A stretch of 17,949 nucleotides of DNA from an uncultured archaeon (GCA_964342815.1 CAYFHS010000049.1:1-17949), one strand, 5' to 3'. Counted from the stretch's first letter, positions 8,020-16,353 are shown. Notes: generated by a model not told the origin, from the letters alone. Numbers and translations: made by a program.

Positions 8020-8652
8020 TCATTTTTTAATGGCCATTATCTTCCGGATAACATCATGACCTAGTGGGAGTGCCTTTCCGATGACCGAAGCCTTGTATAT
8101 TATCTCACAAGTATGTTCAAGGGATTCCAACCGGTAATAAGATTCCATTATATCTTTTCCAAAAGTTAGGGTCCCATGCTTCTTCAATATGATCGCATCG
8201 TGCCTATCCACAAGAGGCTTTATACTATCCACCACAGCTTTCGTTGTAGGGATAGCAAAGTCAGCCACACCAATCTTTCCAAAGGAAAACAGGGATTCAG
8301 GGAGAACGGGACTAGAAATGTCGAAATATAGTAGTGATAATGCCGTTGCATGAATCGGATGTGCATGGATAATCCCGTTTATGTCGTTTCGCGATGAATA
8401 TACCGTAAGATGCATGTTCAACTCGGAGGTCGGTGAAAAACCTCCGGGGGAATCCAGGATCGTACCACCAATACCCAGTTCCAAGAGCATATCCGGTTCC
8501 AAATCCCCCTTACATACTCCTGTGGGAGTTATAATTATACGGCCATTTCTAAGCCTTATGGAAATATTCCCGTCGTACCCGGAAATATATTTTCTTTCAT
8601 GCATCCGTTTTCCGATTTCGCAAATATGTCGTTTCACCCGGTTAATGTCCAT
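8020..8652 (-). CDS. Class II aldolase/adducin family protein (L-fuculose-1-phosphate aldolase-like)
   Basis: GNISIR, ITPTG phosphate pocket, PTSELNMH catalytic Glu, IIHAHP and KKHG Zn-binding histidines. Substrate (FucA vs MtnB vs AraD) cannot be assigned. Confidence 0.92.
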   Translation of the reverse strand: MDINRVKRHICEIGKRMHERKYISGYDGNISIRLRNGRIIITPTGVCKGDLEPDMLLELGIGGTILDSPGGFSPTSELNMHLTVYSSRNDINGIIHAHPIHATALSLLYFDISSPVLPESLFSFGKIGVADFAIPTTKAVVDSIKPLVDRHDAIILKKHGTLTFGKDIMESYYRLESLEHTCEIIYKASVIGKALPLGHDVIRKIMAIKK

Positions 8653-8709
8653 TTCTAAGATGTTCGCACCTTCTTTTTTGGGTGGAGATTAGATCACTAC
8701 TCTGGATGT

Positions 8710-8892
8710 TTATGTTGTCATAACATTGGACTCTATTAGTCCATTCGCTTGATAATTGTCCATCACCCAGGTAATCCTTTGAGTTTTATCATACAGTTAT
8801 GGAATTTTTGGAAAATAATCCTGATACAGCATAGCTTGTGGTACTGTCATCGGTCTGACATTTTTGTTGAAATGGACCCGCCCGTGTTCATA
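8710..8892 (-). pseudogene. Possible IS630-like transposase fragment
   Basis: Frame reads YEHGRVHFNKNVRPMTVPQAMLYQDYFPKIP*LYDKTQRITWVMDNYQANG, with an internal TAA at 8799-8797. ITWVMDN recalls the IS630 I-x-L-V-x-D-N catalytic strand. Weak, from memory only. Confidence 0.22.
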
Positions 8893-8944
8893 CTACTTGT
8901 GGTTATTTTTGGGGGGTTTCGCCATATCTAGTATATAGCTTTTT

Positions 8945-9120
8945 TCATTTTCGTTTCATTTTCACTTGGTCGTTCTCAACATGAAATTTTACAAGCCAAG
9001 TCCTTTTCGAGATTCCTTTTACTTTTTCTTTGAGGGGTTGTTTCCACGGCCTTTTCCAGACCTTTAGAAGATTTACCCATACTTGCTACAACTTCAATCA
9101 CTATCAATATTTACTTTCAT
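8945..9120 (-). pseudogene. Probable frameshifted dodecin-family gene remnant
   Basis: GTG at 9101 gives VIEVVASMGKSSKGLEKAVETT...; a second frame gives KGISKRTWLVKFHVENDQVK (stop at 8947-8945). These resemble the dodecin pattern VIEVVGxSxKSWEDAV...I...xHVENxKI. A possible original ATG (MKV) lies at 9120. Confidence 0.4.
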
Positions 9121-9329
9121 ATTTTTGTGTTTCCATGTTATTGTCTTGGCTTGAATCGTTATTTCTTCTTGGGCTTCAAATTTCTCCCATTTCAAGGAGG
9201 ACAAGTCTTCATAAAGGAATAATCCTAAATAAATAAAATCGCACGAATAAAGTAGCCTTCTTGGTTATTTCATAATATGATCGAGTCATGAACTGAAGAT
9301 GACGGTTTTAGAATCACTTCTCAGAAACA

Positions 9330-9380
9330 TTTATTAACTTCGTCCATCTATCGGGTAATACGAAAATTTCCATCGGTGAT
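9330..9380 (+). promoter_or_regulatory. Putative TATA box (TTTATTAA 9330-9337) and SD (GGTGAT 9375-9380) of the giant kinase gene
   Basis: A purine-rich BRE-like CAGAAAC precedes the TATA; canonical archaeal GGTGA sits 3 nt before the ATG at 9384. Confidence 0.5.
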
Positions 9381-9383
9381 CTG

Positions 9384-12300
9384 ATGAAAAAGTCTGTAAC
9401 TATTACCTTGATTTCTATTCTATTACTCCAGATGTTTACAGGGTTATTTGTGAACTCCGAAGAATCGGATGTGACCTTTGTTACAACTGTCGGGAACGAT
9501 GATGAACATGAGTTTGAGGAAAGGGCAAACAAGGAGGAGAAGCAGGATAACCGTACTGAACAGGATGAGTTCGGCGGGAGTTGGTTTGATGATTTCGAAG
9601 ATGATACGGGGGTGGAGTGGAAGAGAAATGTTAGTGTTGGAAATGAACATGTTTTATTGAAAACTGGAATCGGAGAGGACCTAATTATAAATGGGACTAG
9701 TAGAACACTAAGTGGTGTGAATTATTATGATAATATCGAAATTATAAATGGAGGTATTCTTTATTCACAAGTAAACACATCTTCCACCATTATCGCCTCA
9801 TCTATCACAATAGATGGAACTTCCAAAATAAATGTTGATGGACGAGGCAGGCCAGGAGGTGTTGGGGGAGGGGGTGGATATGGTGATGCGGGTGAGAAAG
9901 GTGGAGCAGGAAATGCAGGTTCCACAGGGGGGGATGGGGGTGTTTCATATGGCTCCTCCACATCGAATACGATACAGATAGGTTCTGGCGGTGGAGGTGG
10001 GAGTGGGGGGGAAATGGGGACTGGAGGTAATGGTAGTCGTGGTGGTGGTAGTATAATTATGCATGCAGAGGAAATAACTATTATGGGGGCAATAGAGGCA
10101 AACGGCGCGGACGGAGATTCTGGGACTTTAGTGGGTGGAGGTGGTGGGGGAGGTAGTGGTGGGGGATTATTACTACACGGGAAGAATATTCAAGGAACTG
10201 GATCTATCTCTGCAAATGGTGGAGATGGAGGCCCACCAGCAAATCCAACTCCTAGTCATGGTGGACCTGGTGGTAAGGGAAGTGGTGGTAGGGTGAAAAT
10301 ATTTTATGAAAAGATTCAAAATATTAATGATAATATACAAGTCAATGGTGGAAATACCGGTACAATTCATACACAATTAACAAATTATGTGAATTTACTT
10401 CCCTACTTAACAAGGGGTTCAATCCTTTCAAGGATTATTCAACTCCCTAACAACTATCATTGGTCCTATATTTCACTGGATAAAACCGAACCTGCCAACA
10501 CATACATCAATGTATCCGTCATCAACAACGCTAACAATCAAACCATCGTAGGCTTCGACAACCTCACAAATCGCACCATTGATCTCTCCGCCCTGAACGA
10601 TCAGAGTATAACTACCATTCGTCTTAAAGCCTATTTCTCGGGAAATGGCAGTGCTACCCCATCACTGGACTCATGGAGCGTGGAATGGACGGCTGAGAGC
10701 GCCTGGAAAGATAGTTTTATAGGGAACGGGAAGTGTATTTATCCAATAGATGTTGATGAGCACACAGTAGGGTATTGGAAATTTGAGGAAGGGAATGATA
10801 ATGTGGTAAGAGATTGGAGTGGCGAGGGGAATGATGGGATGATCAATGGATCTAATTGGGGTGATGGGAAATATGGTAGAGGATTGGAATTTGACGGAGT
10901 TGATGATTATGTGAGAATTCCAGACAATGATCGTCTCGATGGTTGTGCCGAGATAACTATCGAAGGGTGGATTTTTCCGAAAAGTTCCAAAAAAATGGAT
11001 GTAATTAGAAAAGGTGATGGTAGTGGTTTAGCTTATCTATTACAATTCGATTATACAGGAATGGATTTAGTGTTCCAATTAGGTAGATCGGGCTATCCAA
11101 AAGTTAAGACTACTATACCAAATTTATATACGTGGTCCTATGTTGTTGGGACTTATGATGGATATTTTTTAAAAATATATGTGAATGGAATTTTTAAAGC
11201 TTCCAAAAGCGCCAATTTAATAATTCAGAATAGTCCCATGGACTTGTTTTTTGGTGCCGCAAATGGAGGCTCAAATTTTCTAAACGGTACTCTCGATGAA
11301 GTCCGCATTTCTAACATTGCCCGCACTTCTGAAGAGATCCGCAAGGCATACCAAATTGGCATCGAAATTCGAGGTGGGCATGTACAGTTGGGGGATAATG
11401 AGATCGTACCGGATGATAATACCTCTGCTTTGTGGCATTTCAACGAGGGTGAAGGTAATTTGCTGGATGATTCGAGCGGGAATGGTAATGAGGGGGTTAT
11501 ACATGGGGCTAATTGGACTGATGGAGTGATGGGTGGAGCGTTGGAGTTCGATGGAGTGGACGATTATGTTAATTGTGGGAATAGTGCAAGTTTGGATATA
11601 GGAACCGTTCATACTATTGAAGCTAGGATTAAACTTAATAATAAAGATAATGTCGTCTTATTAACCAAGAAAGGTTCAAATAATGATTATTCTCATTATT
11701 TTTTTGACGATAAAATTTACTACAAAGTAGGGATTGAAGAGCCAGTAACCGTTGATTGGGATTATACACTTCCCATGGTCGAATCTCATCATGTAGTTAT
11801 CACAAGGTCTGAAACCTCAGTTGATTTCTACATTGACGGTGAGCAACAAGGAAGGACTCAGACATTGTCAGCAAATAATCCTGCACGGTTTGATTTTCTA
11901 TCTGGATTTGACGCTGGTGGCATATATGTAAAGGGCATCATAGATGAAGTTGCCATCTACAAACGTGTCCTAAACGAATCCGAAATCCGCACCCACGCCA
12001 ACCAATACCGTTATAATTCCACTCTGCGATCCAGGAACATCACAGCCCCTGAAAACCAAACGTGGAACACTTTCCACTGCAATCGTACCGTCCCTGACAA
12101 CACCTACCTCAATATCACCATCTATGACGCAAAAACGAATGAAACACTTTTGACGGAATACAACCGCACGGATAATCCCTACATCGATTTGTCCGGCATC
12201 GATCCTGTCAAACATACATCCATTTACCTCCAGGCATACTTCCAATCTAACCGCACCCAAACTCCCATTCTCTACGATTGGGCCGTAAACTGGACAAATG

Positions 12301-15014
12301 CAGAAGAAGTTATTCGCCCACCCGAATTATATGAAAATATCCCGAACATATCATTCCTTGAAGATTCGAAAGGACCAAATGAATTGAACCTTAGCAATCA
12401 CTTCCAGGATGTCAACGATCCTATATCTCTACTATCTTTCACCTTACTACGCACCGAAGGACAGAATATAAACGATACTATCGACGGGACTATGGTATCT
12501 TTTAGATCGAATACTGCCAACTGGTCGGGCAGTGATATGTTCAAGGTCATATGTTTAAACGAATTCAACAAAACCATAGAATCAAACGAATTCAATGTGA
12601 CAGTGATTCCGGTTGATGACCGCCCGATGTGGAAGCAGCACATTCCTGACATTGTCATTACAGAGGATAACAGCTCCGAACCCATCAATCTCTCCGAACT
12701 TGTTGAGGATGCTGAGGACGATCCCTTCGATTTTACTTTCTCTATAAATGGTACGGGGGTAGGTATCAATATCTCTCAGGGGAGTATGATAGTAATATCT
12801 GACAAAAACTGGTTTGGTGTCCTCACAGTGGAAATGACTGTATATCAAGTATCCAATTCGTCACTCAATTCCACCACATCGTTCGAGGTGAATGTCAATT
12901 CTGTTAACGATCTGCTGAACACACATCTAATATACCCTGAGAACGGTAGCGCATTTAACTCAAGGGAAGTCACCCTAAACTGGTCGGGCAGTGATGTTGA
13001 TGATCCCGTTGAAAACCTTCGATATTTCGTCTACATATCGAAAGATTTGGATCCGGTAGTCTCAAAGAGTGAATCGGTTAGATTACCAACGAATAATACT
13101 AGCATCACAATCGAGTTGGACTACGGAACTTATTACTGGACTGTTGTCGGATTTGATGGGGCTGATTTAGGTATATGTACAGATGGCTATTACACGTTCA
13201 ATCTTACAAATGTCTCGATTCCGGAAGTAGAACTGAGATCACCAACAGATAACTCAACGGTAAATATTCTCTATGCTATTTTGAAGTGGAAATCCCTTGA
13301 CACCGATGGTATCTCTTACATCCTATACTTTGGAAATTCAAGTGATGAACTGAAGATGATTGCAGAACTGAACGGATTTGAATATGAAATATCTGGTTTA
13401 GTGAACGGCGAGACTTATTATTGGAAAGTTTGTGCAAAGGTGAACAATATTACCGGTATATGCACTTTTGGAATCTGGGCTTTCACCGTTGATACGGCAT
13501 TCGAACCTAGTTATCTCATCGAGGTGAAAATAGATACACTTGAACTTGAAATCACTCAAGGGAAGGATATAAAATTCAAGCTCAACATCTCGAATCTTGG
13601 AAATATGGAGTCGTTTGTTACGATAAACGTATCCGGTTCCTTAAAAGATTTGGTTGATCTTACCAATAATCTAAATCTGGCACCCGGTGAGTTTTCTAAT
13701 ATTACTGTGACGATTGACTCGTCTGCGTTGGATATTGGGAGTTATGATTTAATGATCAAATTCGATTATCTTGGAGGGGCCCAAAATTTACCGATTACCC
13801 TTAAAGTCATATCGGGAAAACCAATCGAGGATGACGATACTGATCGCAGTGAGGATGAAGGATTATCTAGCACGTCAATAGGATTGATAATTGGGGGAGT
13901 TCTCCTCGCTTTGATCGTAATTATTTTGGTATTCATCGTACTCCGTAAAAAGAAAAAAGAGAAGGATGAACCTGCTCAATTGGAGAGGAAAACCGGGATT
14001 CCCCAAGAAGCGACTGAGCCTATGGTTACAGCGTCTGTATCTACACCTCCCCTTACTCCTCTAAGCCCAAACCAATATTTTCCAAGCCCCCAGGTTCAAG
14101 TGCTGGAAACTCCCACTATAGCCATACAAACGGCTGTTGACGAAAGTGGAATGCTTCCACAACCACCTACAGAAATGGTACCTCCGTTTGTCATTGAGCC
14201 GACTCTACCGGAAATCCCACCTGAAACACCACCTCAACCTGAAAGCACGCCTGAAGTAGAAGTATTGTTACCTCCTTCAGCACCACCCCTTACTGATCCC
14301 ACAATTCCTGCATTGCCACCTGAACCGAAAATCGCTACCGGTACTTACAAGGACTATATTTCCTCTGAAACCTCATTTCAACCGGTTACAGCCACTCGGA
14401 TCAACATCGTTCCAAATTATACAATGACGCACAAGATCGGTGCGGGAGGCTTTGGAACGGTCTACAAGGCATTCCACGTAAGCGGGAAGAACGTTGCCAT
14501 CAAACTCCCAAAAATGCTCGATGAAACTATAGATGTTTCAGTGCTTCAGAAGTTCAAGGAAGAAGCAGATATCTGGAGAAAGTTACAGCACAGGAACATT
14601 GTCGAATTTATTGATGGAAATATAATTCCCTGTCCCTATCTCTCCATAGAACTAATGGAAGGTGGAAATCTCAAGCAGCTCGTCTCTAAGTATCAGCTGA
14701 ATATAGGTGAAGCGGTCTTTATCATGGCACAGATACTCGATGGTATGTCTTTTGCCCATCGGATGGCTACTATACACCGGGATCTGAAACCCGAAAATAT
14801 ATTATTCACGAAGGATGGCATCCCGAAGATCAGCGACTGGGGTATAGGGAAGTTCATGGGTTCCATGAGCACCGAGAAGACCATGGGCATGAAGGGTACT
14901 ATGCTATATTCCGCCCCGGAACAGATCAGTAAGGCAAAGTTCGGACAAGTAGACTGGACAACGGACATAAAGTGCCAACGCCCATTTCCGCTTCCTCATC
15001 TGTCCGTATTCTAG
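9384..15014 (+). CDS. Giant receptor-like Hanks-type Ser/Thr kinase (Gly-rich domain, 2 LamG, cadherin/Ig-like and FN3-like repeats, TM, Pro-rich linker, kinase); kinase C-lobe truncated at about 14969
   Basis: Signal peptide; GGxGG-rich block; two LamG units (VGYWKFEEG...GLEFDGVDDYV...GTLDEVRIS and SALWHFNEG...ALEFDGVDDYV...GIIDEVAIY); PVDDRP/VNSVND repeats; TM IGLIIGGVLLALIVIILVFIVLRKKKK; GAGGFG, VAIK, HRDLKPEN, DWG, YSAPEQ. Homology stops at VDWTTDI; the last 14 residues come from antisense archaellin DNA. Confidence 0.9.
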   Translation: MKKSVTITLISILLLQMFTGLFVNSEESDVTFVTTVGNDDEHEFEERANKEEKQDNRTEQDEFGGSWFDDFEDDTGVEWKRNVSVGNEHVLLKTGIGEDLIINGTSRTLSGVNYYDNIEIINGGILYSQVNTSSTIIASSITIDGTSKINVDGRGRPGGVGGGGGYGDAGEKGGAGNAGSTGGDGGVSYGSSTSNTIQIGSGGGGGSGGEMGTGGNGSRGGGSIIMHAEEITIMGAIEANGADGDSGTLVGGGGGGGSGGGLLLHGKNIQGTGSISANGGDGGPPANPTPSHGGPGGKGSGGRVKIFYEKIQNINDNIQVNGGNTGTIHTQLTNYVNLLPYLTRGSILSRIIQLPNNYHWSYISLDKTEPANTYINVSVINNANNQTIVGFDNLTNRTIDLSALNDQSITTIRLKAYFSGNGSATPSLDSWSVEWTAESAWKDSFIGNGKCIYPIDVDEHTVGYWKFEEGNDNVVRDWSGEGNDGMINGSNWGDGKYGRGLEFDGVDDYVRIPDNDRLDGCAEITIEGWIFPKSSKKMDVIRKGDGSGLAYLLQFDYTGMDLVFQLGRSGYPKVKTTIPNLYTWSYVVGTYDGYFLKIYVNGIFKASKSANLIIQNSPMDLFFGAANGGSNFLNGTLDEVRISNIARTSEEIRKAYQIGIEIRGGHVQLGDNEIVPDDNTSALWHFNEGEGNLLDDSSGNGNEGVIHGANWTDGVMGGALEFDGVDDYVNCGNSASLDIGTVHTIEARIKLNNKDNVVLLTKKGSNNDYSHYFFDDKIYYKVGIEEPVTVDWDYTLPMVESHHVVITRSETSVDFYIDGEQQGRTQTLSANNPARFDFLSGFDAGGIYVKGIIDEVAIYKRVLNESEIRTHANQYRYNSTLRSRNITAPENQTWNTFHCNRTVPDNTYLNITIYDAKTNETLLTEYNRTDNPYIDLSGIDPVKHTSIYLQAYFQSNRTQTPILYDWAVNWTNAEEVIRPPELYENIPNISFLEDSKGPNELNLSNHFQDVNDPISLLSFTLLRTEGQNINDTIDGTMVSFRSNTANWSGSDMFKVICLNEFNKTIESNEFNVTVIPVDDRPMWKQHIPDIVITEDNSSEPINLSELVEDAEDDPFDFTFSINGTGVGINISQGSMIVISDKNWFGVLTVEMTVYQVSNSSLNSTTSFEVNVNSVNDLLNTHLIYPENGSAFNSREVTLNWSGSDVDDPVENLRYFVYISKDLDPVVSKSESVRLPTNNTSITIELDYGTYYWTVVGFDGADLGICTDGYYTFNLTNVSIPEVELRSPTDNSTVNILYAILKWKSLDTDGISYILYFGNSSDELKMIAELNGFEYEISGLVNGETYYWKVCAKVNNITGICTFGIWAFTVDTAFEPSYLIEVKIDTLELEITQGKDIKFKLNISNLGNMESFVTINVSGSLKDLVDLTNNLNLAPGEFSNITVTIDSSALDIGSYDLMIKFDYLGGAQNLPITLKVISGKPIEDDDTDRSEDEGLSSTSIGLIIGGVLLALIVIILVFIVLRKKKKEKDEPAQLERKTGIPQEATEPMVTASVSTPPLTPLSPNQYFPSPQVQVLETPTIAIQTAVDESGMLPQPPTEMVPPFVIEPTLPEIPPETPPQPESTPEVEVLLPPSAPPLTDPTIPALPPEPKIATGTYKDYISSETSFQPVTATRINIVPNYTMTHKIGAGGFGTVYKAFHVSGKNVAIKLPKMLDETIDVSVLQKFKEEADIWRKLQHRNIVEFIDGNIIPCPYLSIELMEGGNLKQLVSKYQLNIGEAVFIMAQILDGMSFAHRMATIHRDLKPENILFTKDGIPKISDWGIGKFMGSMSTEKTMGMKGTMLYSAPEQISKAKFGQVDWTTDIKCQRPFPLPHLSVF

Positions 15015-15036
15015 CTTTCGCTCTGTCTCTGTTCAT
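14968..15036 (-). pseudogene. arlB: 5' stub of a second archaellin gene (class III signal peptide + first residues of the mature N-terminus)
   Basis: ATG at 15036 gives MNRDRAKARIRTDEEAEMGVGTL, matching the intact neighbour MDRRKVIRQIRKDEKGSMGVGTL. SD GAGGGA at 15047-15042. The frame then enters antisense kinase DNA and stops at 14928-14926. Absent from the ORF track. Confidence 0.85.
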
Positions 15037-15058
15037 TTTTATCCCTCGCTTGTTTTTT

Positions 15059-15126
15059 TTATCACCCTTTCCCGAGGGAACCGGATGATAAGGACTTGGT
15101 GACTATCACTAGTCGATAAGCCCCTT
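15059..15126 (-). promoter_or_regulatory. Structured 5' leader of the second archaellin (two hairpins, GUGA tetraloop, anti-SD)
   Basis: GACUA-GUGA-UAGUC on a lower AAGGGGCUU/AAGUCCUU stem, then UUAUCAUCC/GGGUGAUAA (9 bp) capped by UUCC-CUCG-GGAA. Pairings read by eye. Confidence 0.55.
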
Positions 15127-15161
15127 GTTACTGTTTAATGATACAATGCTTTGATTTCCAA

Positions 15162-15170
15162 TATATAAAA
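15162..15170 (-). promoter_or_regulatory. Putative TATA box of the second archaellin gene
   Basis: TTTTATATA on the minus strand, 126 nt above the ATG at 15036, implying a leader of about 100 nt. Confidence 0.55.
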
Positions 15171-15215
15171 CACGGTTCAATTCCAACCCCTCCTAATCAG
15201 CGAAAATTATGAGAT

Positions 15216-15304
15216 GTGGTTTTCAATAGATTATATGAAAAGTGGTTTTCAATAGATTATATGAAAGGTGGTTTTCAATAGATTATATGAAAAGTGGTTT
15301 TCAA
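15216..15304. repeat. Spacerless tandem repeat, 26-bp unit x 3.4 (GTGGTTTTCAATAGATTATATGAAAA)
   Basis: Copies at 15216, 15242 (last base G), 15268 and a partial copy at 15294-15304. The unit carries an internal TTTTCA...TGAAAA inverted repeat. Confidence 0.95.
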
Positions 15305-15327
15305 AAATGATAACATCTGGTAAGAAT

Positions 15328-15396
15328 AAAAAAAACCAGGTCGAGGAACGGGATTCTCCGTGTAGCTCGGAGTATCCCGTAAGGCCTTCCTCGACC
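15328..15396 (-). terminator. Long hairpin + U8 tract downstream of the arlB-arlC/D/E operon
   Basis: GGTCGAGGAA/TTCCTCGACC (10 bp), CGGGAT/ATCCCG (6 bp), CTCCG/CGGAG (5 bp) with a 7-nt bulge; A8 at 15328-15335 gives U8 on the transcribed strand 3 nt after the stem. Confidence 0.65.
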
Positions 15397-15443
15397 CAGC
15401 GGGGGATTTAGACAAACGCAGGAACACGTTTGAAAGTAATTAT

Positions 15444-16331
15444 CTATACACTGTGGAAGCCATCGAGACTCCTCTTTATCTTTGTTATTACCTGTTCGAG
15501 AGAGCTGAGCCGGTCCTTGTCCACGGGGATCCCGGCGATCATCTGAACGAACAACAGCGATTTGAGATGATCCTCTGCCGTCAATCGCCAATCGTCCACT
15601 CTACGATATTCGGTTGCCTGCGATGGTATCTGTATGTCCGCGGCTTCGGCAAATTCACTGAGATTCAGATCCATTCCCATGACGTCCTGGTTCTCACCTC
15701 TGGCATACGACATTACCGTGGATTTGACGTTTTCCGAGATCCAACCGATGTCCTTGTAGTAGTCCAGTACCAGGGAAATCTTGTCGCGGACCACCCTTTC
15801 CAGGAGAAATTCGATCCACCTCAGTACAAGCACAACCGAAAGATAATCTTTGGGCAGGGCTTCCAGGATCGGTTTACGGCTGGAGTCCCGGTAACCGCTG
15901 CGTCCCTTTCCCTCTATGAACTTCATATAGGGAGGGCGGCCGTTCCCGTTCCCGGACTTAAGTGTAACCTCACCGGTTATCGGGGCTGGAATTTTCGGGA
16001 GAGGGGGCGATTTCATGGAGTTATCTCCGATGAAACCGGGATTGGAATTCCTCCCCTGTTCCCGCTCTTCCTTGAGCCAGGCAAGAGAATGTTTGATCTC
16101 TTCTATGGCATCCCCGCGTTTCACGCTCTTTACCAGACTGGCCTGGACGATGTCCCGGAGTTTCTTAATGTCTTCCTCGATCTGGCCGATCCTGTGTTGT
16201 GAGTCCTTCTGCGACTCTAGTACAACGCGTAATCCCATTTCATCGAATCCTTTCCCCGGGCGTTTCGCGCGCTTGGCTCGTCCTTTTGGAGCGGCAAAAC
16301 CTTTCTTCCTGGATATGTCTTCGTTCTCCAT
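15444..16331 (-). CDS. Archaellum accessory protein ArlC/D/E-like (FlaD/E domain with N-terminal coiled coil)
   Basis: LEALPKDYLSVVLVLRWIEFLLERV...LDYYKDIGWISENVK and LTAEDHLKSLLFVQMIAG are FlaD/E-family motifs; coiled coil RIGQIEEDIKKLRD; SD GGAGGAG at 16344-16338; directly downstream of arlB. Confidence 0.88.
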   Translation of the reverse strand: MENEDISRKKGFAAPKGRAKRAKRPGKGFDEMGLRVVLESQKDSQHRIGQIEEDIKKLRDIVQASLVKSVKRGDAIEEIKHSLAWLKEEREQGRNSNPGFIGDNSMKSPPLPKIPAPITGEVTLKSGNGNGRPPYMKFIEGKGRSGYRDSSRKPILEALPKDYLSVVLVLRWIEFLLERVVRDKISLVLDYYKDIGWISENVKSTVMSYARGENQDVMGMDLNLSEFAEAADIQIPSQATEYRRVDDWRLTAEDHLKSLLFVQMIAGIPVDKDRLSSLEQVITKIKRSLDGFHSV

Positions 16332-16353
16332 ATTTTTCTCCTCCGGTAAGTAT

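Noticed and set aside
9094-9270. Start-less minus frame ...LKWEKFEAQEEITIQAKTITWKH resembling phage tail-tube/Hcp C-termini
   Set aside because: No ATG after the upstream stop, very short similarity, and no other contractile-system genes.
479-14968. Remaining short ORF-track entries nested in or antisense to the main genes
   Set aside because: Out-of-frame or antisense by-products with no recognisable motifs, SD or promoter support.
9384-15014. Diversity-generating retroelement targeting the LamG modules
   Set aside because: There is no reverse transcriptase and no long template/variable repeat pair differing only at adenines; the two LamG copies differ at all base types.
15216-15304. CRISPR array (the unit starts GTTTTCAAT and reads ATTGAAAAC on the minus strand, like CRISPR repeat ends)
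   Set aside because: The repeats abut with no unique spacers and there are no cas genes in the window.
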